Source: Octopus sinensis (Eukaryota). Taken from it: a DNA stretch of 64,000 bases. The notes beneath the pieces are model-generated. The model saw nothing but the letters and a program-made list of their open reading frames with translations, ran no database searches and was not told the origin of the DNA. Made by a program: the position numbers and the translations under genes. Where the stretch lies: positions 31,744,001-31,808,000 of the forward strand of contig NC_043001.1 in NCBI RefSeq assembly GCF_006345805.1, in the 5' to 3' direction. Each line of letters opens with the position of its first letter. Positions within the stretch are counted from its first letter, which is position 1. Shown one piece after another: positions 1-12,429 of this stretch.

Positions 1-177
1 AGTGAGAGAAAGTTGTGACAAAAGAGTCAGCAGAAGTTTCGCCATTACCTTCTGCCGGAGCCGCATGGAGCCTAGGTGTTTCGCTCATAAACACACACAT
101 CGCCCGGTCTGAGATTCGAACTCACGATCCCTCAATCGCGAGTCCGCTGCTGTAACCACTAGGCCATGTGCCTCCAC
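1..177 (-). mobile_element. tRNA-derived SINE, family B (OR1-like), cut by window edge
   Basis: Reverse complement has A box TGGCCTAGTGGTT and B box GTTCGAATCTC; body matches copies at 21060 and 53165. Confidence 0.8.
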
Positions 178-530
178 ACCATGTATTTGTATCTGTATAC
201 GCGGACCTGAGCAAGAATTTTTTTCTTGGGAAGACGAGCAGTGGTCCATGCATATAAGTATCCTTTCTCCACCTGCCCATGTTGTTCTGACGCAAAAAAG
301 CTGGAACAGAAAATGCATAACATCTTGTCTGGTGCTCACACAGTTCCGTCAATGCATCGCTTTCTATTAGTAATTTTTATCGATCCAGAAATGATGAAAA
401 GTTAAGTGACCTTATTGAACTCGCAGTGCAGCGATCTGAACAGAGACTACGAGGCAGTGTATCCAACGCCCTAATCACTCCGCCTATTCATCGCTTGTAT
501 TGGAACTGAAAAAGTAAAACACTTCAGAAG

Positions 531-595
531 TAGGCGTAGCTATGTGGTAAGAAGTATGCTTCCCAACCACATGACTCCAAGTTCGGTCCCACTTA
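531..595 (+). mobile_element. SINE family A head fragment
   Basis: GGCGTAGCTATGTGGTAAG...GTTCGGTCCCAC, degenerate tRNA-like head. Confidence 0.6.
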
Positions 596-737
596 AAAAG
601 CTTTGCTTCTGAGGTGGAGACCGGATTTTTCTGTATTGAAAAATTTGACAAATAAGCGAGAAAATCAGTCAGAAATGCATATATGTTTAAGTATACAACA
701 AATATAGATGCATTGTGTACCTAATTTATTATATCTT

Positions 738-935
738 TATCTTGTTTCAGTCATTAAGCTACGGCCATGCTGGGGCACAGCTTTGAAGGGTTTAGTCGAA
801 CAAATGGACACCAGCATTTTTAAAGCCTGTTACTAATGTTATCGGTCTCTTTTGCCAAACCGCTAATGTACAGGGGTGTAAACACACCAATACCCGTTAT
901 CAAGCGGTGCTTGGGGCAAACACAAAGGTACGCAT

Positions 936-971
<36 letters not shown>

Positions 972-1130
972 GTTACAGGCTTCTTTCAGTTTCTGTCTAC
1001 CAAATCCACTTGCAAGGCTTTTGGTTGGTCCATGGCTATAATAAAACACACTTCTCCAAGGTGTCACACAGTGGGACTGAACCCTGAAACATATGGTTTG
1101 GAAGCAAGCTTCTTACCGCATAGACACATT
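738..1130 (-). mobile_element. SINE family A with internal (CA)n
   Basis: CTTGTTTCAGTCAT...GGCCATGC, TTTAGTCGAAC, AAATCCACT, GGGACTGAACC motifs shared with many copies. Confidence 0.8.
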
Positions 1131-1625
1131 TACACGTATTTAAAAACCATATTCTTGAATATTTCTAAATCAACAATCAATCTTTAAGTCTCGTAGATTT
1201 CAATATATAATATTGAATACATTTTTAAAAAAACATTTGCCATTAAATTCAAGCTTTGGAATTTGGTTAATCCATTATTTATATTATCTAACGGTCCTCT
1301 CAATACTTTCTGCTGATATGATACTTTCACTTTGAAGTATGAACAATCTGCTGCATTTGATAAACTTTATCTACACATTAAAAACACGTTTATATCATAT
1401 TCATACTTCTCGGCGTCTGTTATAAAACATAGTTTCAGATAAGTACAGCACTGATAAATATCGTCGCTGTATTTATCCTTCATTCATTTAGCGATCTCAG
1501 TCGAGACAAACCCCACAGCACTTTTTCCAGAGCTCACGATCCAACATTACAGTATAGTTCTCTGAAGCATTTGAATTCAGGTGCAATTAATTATGAATCG
1601 TTTTCTTTTTTTTTTTTTTTTTCCT

Positions 1626-2106
1626 ATTTTACTTGTATCAGTCATTGGAATGCAGTCATGCTGGAGCACCCACTTGAAGGGTTTTAGTCGAACAAATCGA
1701 CCCCAATACTTATACTTTTGTTGTTTTTTTTAATATTAAGTCTGGTACTTATTCTATTAGCCTCTTTTGCCGAACTGCTAATTTGCGGGGACGTGAACAA
1801 ACCAATATCGTTTGTCAAGCGGTAAGGTGGTCGTGTGACAAACGCAGACGCAAAGACGTACACACCACAAACACCACACTCACACACATCACACACACAC
1901 ACACACACACACACACCACACACACACACACACAACACACACACACACACGACAGGCTTCCACAGTTTCCGTTACCTACCAAATTCTCTCACAAGGCATT
2001 GGCCAACCCTGGGCTACAGTAGAAGATATTTGTCCATGGTGCCACGCAGTGGAACTGAACGCAGAACCACGTGGTTGCAAGGTAAGCTACTTAACTACAA
2101 AGCCAT
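1626..2106 (-). mobile_element. SINE family A with internal (CA)n
   Basis: Same motif series as other family A copies. Confidence 0.8.
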
Positions 2107-2472
2107 GTCTGAAGTCTCTTTTTTCCAAAAATAACGGAAACAAAGACGTGCGTTACTGTGTCACGAGGTCATTACATCACAACGTTACTACGTCACATGT
2201 GTGCTATGAGGTTCACCATTGACCAATGTTTTTCTTGAGACATTATTTCATTGTAGTTGCCAACTAACGATAAAGAGCTCATCTTCTGCTCCTGTGACAT
2301 ACCTATTCCTCACCAGACATAATCAAGTACTTCAAAGGTTTTTTTGCTAGGGGTCTGTAATCCAAAACAGAGACCCATACCAAGCACAGTAAACTGGAAC
2401 CGACTGAAGTAGTGACTAAAGTTACTAAACGCGCTCTGCATGGTTTAGTCAACATAAATTAAATAATAAAAA

Positions 2473-2721
2473 CGCGCCCTTTTTAAGCCTAGCCAGGTTC
2501 ATAGGCCCGGTTTCCTGGTTTCAATGGCTTATGTGTTCCCCAGCTGGACGGGACGCCAGTCCATCGCAGCGTTACTCATTTCTGCCAGCTGAGTGGACTG
2601 GAGCAAACGTGAAATGAAGTGCTTTGCTCAAGAACACAACGCGTCGCCCGGTCCAGGAATCGAAACCACAATCTTACGACCATGATGCTGACACCCTAAC
2701 CACTAAGCCACGTGCCTCCAC
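2473..2721 (-). mobile_element. tRNA-derived SINE, family B variant with CORE-like body
   Basis: Head TGGCTTAGTGGTTAGG...GTTTCGATTCC, then TTGAGCAAAGCACTT...CTCCAGTCCACTCAGCTG; 3' end shared with family B. Confidence 0.8.
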
Positions 2722-2734
2722 TAAATAAATGTTC

Positions 2735-2976
2735 CTTCTCGAGCCATGCCAGTCTCATAAGGGCCGGTTTCCCGGTTTCAGTGGTGTAGAATTTCCCCAC
2801 CTGTTGGGACGCCGGTCCATCGCAGGATTACTTATTTTTGTCAGCTAAGAGGACTGGAGCAACGTGAAATGAAGTGTTTTGCTCAAGAACACAACGAATC
2901 GCCCAGTCCAGGAATCGAAACCACAGCCTTACGATCATGAGTTCAACACCCTAACCACTAAGCCACGCGCCTCCAC
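2735..2976 (-). mobile_element. Second head-to-tail copy of the CORE-like family B SINE
   Basis: High similarity to 2473-2721. Confidence 0.8.
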
Positions 2977-3043
2977 AACATAAATTAAAACTTTGTTATT
3001 AATTTTTTCATTCAGTTATGGATTATCATTTACTTACAACTAT

Positions 3044-3262
3044 AAAGCGGTGACCTGTCAGAATCGTTAGCACGCCGAGCAAAATGCTTAGCGGCATTTC
3101 GTCCGTCTTTATGTTCTAAGTTCAAAATTTTGCCGAGGTCGACTTTGCCTTTCATCCTTTCGGGGTCGATAGAATAAGTATCAGTTAAACACTGGGATCG
3201 ATGTAATCAACTATTCTCCCTCATCTGAAATTGCTGGCCTTGTACCAAAATTTGAAATCATT
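3044..3262 (+). mobile_element. SINE family C (Deu/Nin-like core), long-tail variant
   Basis: GAGGTCGACTTTGCCTTTCATCCTTTCGGGGTCGATAGAATAAGTA core resembles the Deu/Nin SINE domain; tail AAATTTGAAATC(ATT)n. Confidence 0.75.
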
Positions 3263-3295
3263 ATTTATTTACTACTATAATTTGCATATGAAGTC

Positions 3296-3405
3296 TCATA
3301 GCTTAGTGGCTAGGGTGTTGCACTCATGATCCTAGGATCGCGGTTTCCATTCCAAGACTGGCGGTGCGTTGTGTTCTTGAGCAAAACACTTCATTTCACG
3401 CTGCA
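3296..3405 (+). mobile_element. Family B SINE head fragment
   Basis: GCTTAGTGGCTAGGG...GTTGTGTTCTTGAGCAAAACACTTCATTTCAC. Confidence 0.65.
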
Positions 3406-3914
3406 CACAAACACACACATGTAGGATTTATTGAATGGTGTGAGGCGCGAAAATGAGAGCGCATTATGCTTCTTGTATTGTGGGTTTGTTGCTAGGCCCA
3501 CAATTCACTACGTGGCATTGAACTTAGAGAAGACAACAGAGACAGTGATTCACAAACACTTTATCATGCATATACTCAGCAAGGAATAATGCAAAGGAGT
3601 TTCTGACTGCTTATAGTGATTTACATCTGTACTCGGTTTGGCATGGTAAGTGCATGAATGCTGAGGGGAAGCAGGTTCTATAATATGAGCCAGTGGAACC
3701 TGGACATTCTCTGGTGACATCAGCACGACTCCAGACCACTTGAGGGAGCAATATAGTTTGAAAATGTAGAAATTATCGGGATCAACCGACATAACAGAAA
3801 TGTGCTTCAGAGGCAACTTCTAAGTAAAATATAAAATATATCTTAGACAACTGTCTAGAAAGTTACGAGGTTTATTTATCATTGAATTTATTGCATAATT
3901 TCCGGCATTATTAG

Positions 3915-3978
<64 letters not shown>

Positions 3979-3990
3979 GTTGTTGTTGTT
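3915..3990. repeat. (ATT)n/(GTT)n microsatellite
   Basis: Direct reading. Confidence 0.95.
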
Positions 3991-4360
3991 AAATGGATAT
4001 ATAAATGACAGTAATTAAGTATATAGAGTTTACCTTTAAAAGAAATATCTTTATGTTGGTGATAAAGTTGACAGTAATTTTGATACATAGTTTCTTTCAA
4101 AAATTACTGGAGGAAGTATTTTTCTTTCAGTTTATTCTTAACGAGTCTAGTTGCAAAGTACAATTGTTGTGTTATCAGATTCTGTCGTTTAGTTTAGAAT
4201 TTGTTCAAAATTATACTCAGCTGTCTTTATTAATTTCAAATGATTCCGTTGTAATTTTTATCAGTTAAACACCATCAGAGATCATATCAGTTTGCCAAAC
4301 AAGTACATGTGAAGAATATTTTCATTAGTTTGTTAGAAAAAATATATGTAAGCGCCGATT

Positions 4361-4361
4361 A

Positions 4362-4405
<44 letters not shown>

Positions 4406-4406
4406 C

Positions 4407-4458
<52 letters not shown>
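4361..4458. repeat. (TAA)n microsatellite
   Basis: Direct reading. Confidence 0.95.
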
Positions 4459-4838
4459 TTCAAATTTTTGCCACAAGGGCAGCTTGTGGGAGATGGGAAT
4501 GAATAGGTTATATCGAACCCAGTGTTCAACAGGTACTTATTTTATCGACCCCGAAAAGATGACCGGCAAAATCGACCTCGGCAGAATTTGAACTCAGAAC
4601 GTAGCTACGGGCAAAATACCTATTTCTTTACTACCCACAAGGGGCTAAACACAGAGAGGAAAACAAGGACAGATAAACGGATTAAGTCGATTATATCGAC
4701 CCCAGTGCGTAACTGGTACTTATTTAATCGACCTCGAAAGGATGAAAGGCAAATTTGAACTCAGAACGTAACGGCAAATGAAATACGGCTACGAATTTCG
4801 CCCGGGGTGCTAACGTTTCTGCCAGCTCACCGCCTTAT
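4458..4838 (-). mobile_element. Composite family C SINE (older copy joined to younger copy at ~4620)
   Basis: Two ATCGACCCCGAAA...GAACTCAGAACG cores; junction AAAATACC|TATTTCTTTACTACCC. Confidence 0.75.
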
Positions 4839-4839
4839 T

Positions 4840-4992
4840 TCTGCTACTTTCCGCCTACCAAATCCACTCGCAAGACTTTGGTAAGACTGGATCTGTAGCA
4901 GAAGACACTCGTCAACGGTATCACGTAGGGGGACTGAACCTGGAACCATGTCGTAGGGAAACAAACATCTTACTACGTAGCCACGCCTGCTG
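4840..4992 (-). mobile_element. SINE family A 5' half, degenerate
   Basis: AAATCCACTC, AGAAGACACT, GGACTGAACC motifs. Confidence 0.65.
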
Positions 4993-5240
4993 AGGTAAGA
5001 CGCTGTCTAATTGCTTATCCTAAAAACATGTAAAACCTTGATTGCAAAACAATTTTTCCTTTTTCAATTTTAGTACTTGAAACACCTTAGAAGGATTATT
5101 GTCATTTATAGATTAAATTAATCCCAATGTTTTATCGAATACCTAATTCATTAATCTGGTAAGGAACGAACAGCAAAGGTATATTTATTCTTTCCACGCC
5201 AACATCAAATATACATTCATACATACACGCGTGCGCACGC

Positions 5241-5278
<38 letters not shown>

Positions 5279-5299
5279 ATGAAAATGTTGTAAGGTATA

Positions 5300-5516
5300 C
5301 TCTTTTACTTGTTTCAGTCATTTGACTGTGGCCATGCTGGAGCACCGCCTTTAGTCGAGCAAATCGACCCCAGGACTTATTCTTTGTAAGCCTAGTACTT
5401 ATTCTATCGGTCTCTTTTGCCGAACCACTAAGTTACGGGGACGTAACACACTCGCGTCGGTTGTCAAGCGATGTTTGGTGGGGGACAAACACAGACACAC
5501 AAACATATACACACAC

Positions 5517-5582
<66 letters not shown>

Positions 5583-6179
5583 GACGGGATTTTTTTCAGT
5601 TTCCGTCTACTAAATCCACTCACAAGGCTTTGGTCGGCCGAGGGTATAGTAGAAGACACTTGCCCAAGGTACCACTGAACCCGGAACCATGTGGTTGGTA
5701 AGCAAGCTACTTACCACACAGCCACTCCTACGCCTACATGCGACCGGCTTCTTTCGGTGTCCGTCTACCAAATCCACTCAAAAGACTTTGGTCATCTCGA
5801 GGCTATAGAAGAAGACACCTACTCAGTCTGCATGCTGTGGGACTGAACCTGGAGCCATATTATGGGGAAGCAAACATCTTACCACTCAGCCATGCCTTCA
5901 CTTATCAAAAAAAACATTAATCAAGTTTTTATATATATATATATATCTTTCTCTTTTCTCTTTTTACTTCTTTCAGTCATTTGACTGCGGCCATGCTGGA
6001 GCACCGCCTTTAATCGAGCAACTCGACCCCGGGACTTATTCTTTGTAAGCCCAGTACTTATTCTATCGGTCTCTTTTTTGCCGAACCGCTAAGTGACGGG
6101 GACGTAAACACACCAGCATCTGTTGTCAAGCGATGCTAGGGGGACAAACACAGACACACAAACACACACATATATATAT

Positions 6180-6224
<45 letters not shown>

Positions 6225-6826
6225 GACGGGATTTTTTTCAGTTTCCGTCTACTAAATCCACTCACAAGGCTTTGGTCGGCCCGAGGGTATAGTAGAAGAC
6301 ACTTGCCCAAGGTACCACTGAACCCGGAACCATGTGGTTGGTAAGCAAGCTACTTACCACACAGCCACTCCTACGCCTACATGCGACCGGCTTCTTTCGG
6401 TGTCCGTCTACCAAATCCACTCAAAAGACTTTGGTCATCTCGAGGCTATAGAAGAAGACACCTACTCAAGTCTGCATGCTGTGGGACTGAACCTGGAGCC
6501 ATATTATGGGGAAGCAAACATCTTACCACTCAGCCATGCCTTCACTTATCAAAAAAAAACATTAATCAAGTTTTTATATATATATATATATATCTTTCTC
6601 TTTTCTCTTTTTACTTCTTTCAGTCATTTGACTGCGGCCATGCTGGAGCACCGCCTTTAATCGAGCAACTCGACCCCGGGACTTATTCTTTGTAAGCCCA
6701 GTACTTATTCTATCGGTCTCTTTTTTGCCGAACCGCTAAGTGACGGGGACGTAAACACACCAGCATCTGTTGTCAAGCGATGCTAGGGGGACAAACACAG
6801 ACACACAAACACACACATATATATAT

Positions 6827-6871
<45 letters not shown>

Positions 6872-7451
6872 GACGGGATTTTTTTCAGTTTCCGTCTACT
6901 AAATCCACTCACAAGGCTTTGGTCGGCCCGAGGGTATAGTAGAAGACACTTGCCCAAGGTACCACTGAACCCGGAACCATGTGGTTGGTAAGCAAGCTAC
7001 TTACCACACAGCCACTCCTACGCCTACATGCGACCGGCTTCTTTCGGTGTCCGTCTACCAAATCCACTCAAAAGACTTTGGTCATCTCGAGGCTATAGAA
7101 GAAGACACCTACTCAAGTCTGCATGCTGTGGGACTGAACCTGGAGCCATATTATGGGGAAGCAAACATCTTACCACTCAGCCATGCCTTCACTTATCAAA
7201 AAAAAACATTAATCAAGTTTTTATATATATATATATCTTTCTCTTTTCTCTTTTTACTTCTTTCAGTCATTTGACTGCGGCCATGCTGGAGCACCGCCTT
7301 TAATCGAGCAACTCGACCCCGGGACTTATTCTTTGTAAGCCCAGTACTTATTCTATCGGTCTCTTTTTTGCCGAACCGCTAAGTGACGGGGACGTAAACA
7401 CACCAGCATCTGTTGTCAAGCGATGCTAGGGGGACAAACACAGACACACAA

Positions 7452-7494
<43 letters not shown>

Positions 7495-7670
7495 TACGAC
7501 AGGCTTCTTTCAGTTTCCACTCACAAGGCATTGGTCGGCCCGGGGCTATAGCAGAAGACACTTGCCCAAGATGCCACGCAGTGGGACTGAACCCGGAACC
7601 ATGTGGTTGGTTAGCAAGCTACTTACCACACAGCCACTCCTACGCCTATAGCCACTCCTGCGCCTATATA
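5300..7670 (-). repeat. Tandem array of family A SINEs, ~645-bp unit present three times
   Basis: Segments starting ACGACGGGATTTTTTTCAG at 5581, 6223 and 6870 are near-identical, including private variants. Confidence 0.9.
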
Positions 7671-8304
7671 TAGCGGATTAACAGAAAACTGTAGTGTTTC
7701 TTTAGGGTTTTTTCTTGTATGGTCAGAAGAAGAAATTACTAATTTAAAGTGAATACCATGGCACTGACTACCTTTCGGCACGGTTTCACTGTAATAGAAA
7801 GTCCGATGGAAATCTTTTCGGAACGATAAATAGTTTGTGGATTTAGCTTTCTAAGACCATCCGCTTCGCAGTTTTTACATAATTCTCTGGAAACAAAGGA
7901 GAACTCCGCGTACTTCGCTGTAATATGTTCTATCCGTCAGTGTTACTTACTTACCTGTAATCTGTGACACCTATGCTCACATCGGCGGTCTTGATGTTGT
8001 ATCGCATCTATGTAGTTTTGTTGCAGAAGATAATTTTCAGGCGTGTAATATGATATCGACGTTGATAAGTTTCATTGTAGTAAGAGCCTAAGTTGAGAGC
8101 ATCTATAAGAATGGATTTGTAAACAGAACAATAATAATTCCAGACATCAAACAGGAAAATGTAGCGTTCTTATTCATTGTATATAGATTTAAACCATTTG
8201 GTAGCAGTTATGGTATTATTTCTATCATACCATGATCCTACTTTGTCTATGTATATGCTTCTACATTCAATTACAGCACGAATTATATACTATATAAAAG
8301 TTTA
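7670..8304. repeat. Left arm of long inverted duplication (partner 9357-10425)
   Basis: Reverse-complement match along the whole length, e.g. TAAAGTGAATACCATGGCACTGACT vs AGTCAGTGCCATGGTATTCACTTTA. Confidence 0.9.
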
Positions 8305-8454
8305 TGTACTGTAAAACATTATCTGACATACAACTCACTACATCGGTTTGAGCGGACTATCTACTCCTGAGTTTCACCCTTAGATGTTCACATCTGTTGT
8401 AAACATCCAAGAATACACTGTCATCTCGATATATGCATATGCATTTTTTTCCTA

Positions 8455-8699
8455 TTTTTTCCTTTTACTTGTTTCAATCATTTGACTGCGGCCATGCTGG
8501 AGCACCACCTTGAAGGGTTGTAGTCGAACAAATCGACCCCAGGACTTATATTTATAAATCTAATACTTCGTCTATGGGTCTCTTTTGCCCAACCGCTAAG
8601 TAACGGGGACATATACACACCGGTTATCGAGCGGTGGTGGGGGGACAAACACAGACACACACGCACCGGTTATCGAGCGATGGTGGGGGGACAAACACA

Positions 8700-8733
<34 letters not shown>

Positions 8734-8845
8734 GCGGTCTTCTTTCAGTTTCCGTCTGCCAAATCCACCCACAAGGCTTTGGTCGGCCGGAGGTTATAGT
8801 GTAGAAAACACTTGCCCAAGGTGCCATGCAGTGGGACTGAAACCC
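8455..8845 (-). mobile_element. SINE family A with short internal duplication
   Basis: Family motifs; CACCGGTTATCGAGCG repeated. Confidence 0.8.
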
Positions 8846-9356
8846 CACCACACACACTAACATACACACAGACACACACACATGTATGTATATATATGTA
8901 AATGAATATATATATATATATGTGTATATACGCTTATATATACATTATACGCACTAATACAATATGTATATTTCTGCTTAGCACTAGCAAGATTCATAAC
9001 CAGTTGTTAGAACTCATATAATAACTTATAATGCATGATATATCTAAGCTCCGGCGGCGAGATAGCGCGAATTCATTGACGTCCACACCTCTCGATTCCC
9101 ACATAAACCAGAAGTGCATAGTGTAATATTAATTAATAAACAGATGACAAAAGAACAGACGTCATATAATCACATTCTATTGGCTTACAGCTGTGATATT
9201 ACTAATTATTTATAACTTTACAACGGGTGATATTACTAATTTAAACTTTTATATTCTTTAATGACTTTTCTTCTCCTCAAATGTTAAATAATTGAAATTT
9301 TATTTTATCGAGCAATACTTCGAATGCTTAGGTACTTTGTGTTAAATATCTAAATA

Positions 9357-10425
9357 AATTTTTATATAGTTTATATTTCGTTCTGTAATTGAATGTAGAA
9401 ACACATACATAGACAAAGTGTGATCATGGTATAATAGAAATAATACCTATTTCTTTTACTACCCACAAGGGGCCAAACATAGAGGGGACAAACAAGGACA
9501 GACAAACGGATTAAGTCGATTATATCGACCCCAGTGAGTAACTGCTACTTATTTAATCGACCCCGTATGGATGAAAGGCAAAGTCGACCTCGGCGGAATT
9601 TGAACTCAGTACGTAGCGGCAGACGAAATACCTATTTCTTTACTACCCACAAGGGGCTAAACACAGAGAGGACAAACAAGGACCGACAAACGGATTAAGT
9701 CGATTATATCGACCCCAGTGAGTAACTGCTACTTATTTAATCGACCCCGAAAGGATGAAAGGCAAAGTCGACCTCGGCGGAATTTGAACTGAGAACGTAG
9801 TGGCAGACGCGTGCTAACGTTTCTGCCAGCTCGCCGCCTTCATGGTATAATAGAAATAATACCATAACTGTTACCAAATGGTTTAAATCTATATACAATG
9901 AATAAGAACGCTACACTTTCCTGTTTGATGTCTGGAATTATTATTGTTCTGTTTACAAATCCATTCTTATAGATGCTCTCAACTTAGGCTCTTACTACAA
10001 TGAAAACCTATCAATGTCGATATCATATTACACACCTGAAAATTATTTTCTACAACAAAACTACATAGATGCGATACAACATCAAGACCATCGATGTGAG
10101 CATAAGTGTCACAGATTACAGGTAAGTAAGTAACACTGACGAATAGAACATATTACAGCGAAGTAGGTGGAGTTCTCCTTTGTTCCGGGGAATTATATAA
10201 AAAAGACGAAGCGGGTGGTCTTCAAAAGCTAAATCCACAAACTATTTATCGTTCCGAAAAGATCTCCATCAGACATTCTATTACAGTGAAAGCGTGCCGA
10301 AAAATAGTCAGTGCCATGGTATTCACTTTAAATTAGTAATTTCTTCTTATGACCAAACAAGAAAAAAAACAACAAAAAAAAAAAAAACTAAAGAAATACT
10401 ACAGTACGTTTATTAATCTGCCATT
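9357..10425. repeat. Right arm of long inverted duplication, interrupted by SINE at 9448-9840
   Basis: Reverse complement of 7670-8304. Confidence 0.9.
9448..9840 (-). mobile_element. Family C SINE with duplicated 3' half and 23-bp TSD
   Basis: CATGGTATAATAGAAATAATACC at 9425-9447 and 9841-9863; body repeated from 9632. Confidence 0.9.
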
Positions 10426-10456
<31 letters not shown>

Positions 10457-10484
10457 ACTTGATTAATTTTTTTTGGATATGTCC

Positions 10485-10897
10485 CTGGCGATAGACCTGA
10501 TTAACATGGAGGGATGGTTGTCAATCATGGCTTGGATCTCACCAGCAAATTTAAGAGTTCTTTTCTCATCAGAACGATCAGAGTGAGTTTTCCGAGCTGC
10601 CATACCTTCGTTATCACCATTAGACTCATCCGACTCTTTCCGAATCATGCGCACTATCCTCAGATTGACACCCAAGCACTCTGAAATATTTGTATTGGAG
10701 CTTCCGGCGCGGATGCCAAGCAGTACAGCATATCGTTTCCAAATTTTTGGTGAGTGAATTGCGTCATGATACTGTTTTTCTCACAGACGGTGCCCAACCG
10801 ACCCTACTATACTGTGTAGTCGATAAAATAAAGAAACAACCACAATGCACGTGTGTAAGATGAAAAATGGCGACAATTTACCCATCGCATCTTGTGT
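10485..10897 (-). mobile_element. Tc1/mariner-superfamily 5' fragment (TIR plus HTH region)
   Basis: Frameshifted translation MTQFT..KIWKRYAVLLGIRAGSSNTNISECLGVNLRIVRMIRKE...IRSIARD; terminal CACAAGATGCGATGGGTAAATTGTCGCC. Confidence 0.7.
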
Positions 10898-11029
10898 GAT
10901 TTGATTTGATTTGATTTGATTTGATCTAGTTTCTGCTCTGCTCATGAGCTCATGCTGGGGCATTGCCATTTGGTGTTGCTACGTAACTTTACTTCGCTTA
11001 TTCTTTCTAGAAATTGATGTTTGGTGCAT

Positions 11030-11121
11030 ATTTATGCATACATACATACATACATACATACATACATACATACATACATACATACGTACATACATACATA
11101 CATACATACACACATACACAC

Positions 11122-11173
<52 letters not shown>

Positions 11174-11280
11174 GTATATATATATGTATGTATTTGTGTG
11201 TATGTGTGGGTTGTATATATATATATATATGCATGTATATGTATTTTGTATGTAAATATATATGTATGTGTATACGTTAA
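11030..11280. repeat. (TACA)n/(TA)n compound microsatellite
   Basis: Direct reading. Confidence 0.95.
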
Positions 11281-11799
11281 TGCATTCAATGTAACATCAG
11301 TGGTATATAATCTCTTGATGTACGCTCGTTAATGGTTCTTATGGATTCATGCTATTGGTACTTTAACGAGCAGAACCTCTCTAATCTAGGTCGTTCTTTA
11401 CAAACATTATTTCCATGAGAATAATCCGAAAATAATACTGACGATAATTAGTTAATCAACAGCACAAATTGTCTGGACATCATAAAATAGAATTTGTTTT
11501 GTTCTAGCAATGTTAGAAGTTTGTGTTGTACGCTGACAAATTCACATATATACATATGTATGTCATTATTCAGTTTATTTCAAGATTTCTTTGCCTATAG
11601 AGAAAGAACCGGTTCCTAGCATAGATCCAAAGCTCCTCATTGGAATTTCAACATCAACAACAAAATATTTTTGTATGTATGTATGTATGTATGTATGTAT
11701 GTATGTATGTATGTATGTATGTATGTATGTATGTATTCTCATGCATATAGTTACATATCTAAACATGCTCATATATATTTAAATGATAAACTTGGTTTT

Positions 11800-11950
11800 A
11801 CTAGTAGTTAGGATGGTCTCTCACTCAACTGCACCCACACATAGTAATCAAGAGTTTTGCAGTCTGAGGAGTTAGGTGGCCAGATTTTAGGGGTGATGTG
11901 GTCGCAGACATTGTCTGACAGCCACGACTGGGTTCTCCTGCTTGTGTGGC
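11800..11950 (-). mobile_element. mariner-like (maT/DD37D-type) catalytic-domain fragment
   Basis: CHTSRRTQSWLSDNVCDHITPKIWPPNSSDCKTLDYYVW resembles WPPNSPDCNPLDY. Confidence 0.75.
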
Positions 11951-11959
11951 AAAATGCAT

Positions 11960-12422
11960 GCATGCATGAATGTATGTGTGTATGTATGTATGTATGTATT
12001 GGCAAGAAATCTTGAAACAAAACTAAATGACATACATATATACATACATACTACATACATACATACATACACACATACATACATACATACAAACATACAT
12101 ACATACACACATACATACATACACACATACATACACACATACATACATACACACATACATACATACACACATACATACATACACACATACATACATACAC
12201 ACATACACACATACACACATACACACATACATACACACATACATACATTCACACATACATACATACACACATACATACATACATACACACATACATACAT
12301 ATACACATACATACATACATACATACATACATACATACATACACACATACACACACATACATACACACACACACACACATACATACATACATACATACAT
12401 ACATACATACATACATACATAA
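11960..12422. repeat. (TACA)n/(CACA)n array
   Basis: Direct reading. Confidence 0.95.
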
Positions 12423-12429
12423 CACATTA

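Noticed and set aside
5399-7673. Repeated ORFs (MRPASFG..., MGKCLLL..., MVGKQAT...)
   Set aside because: Chance frames inside SINE family A copies
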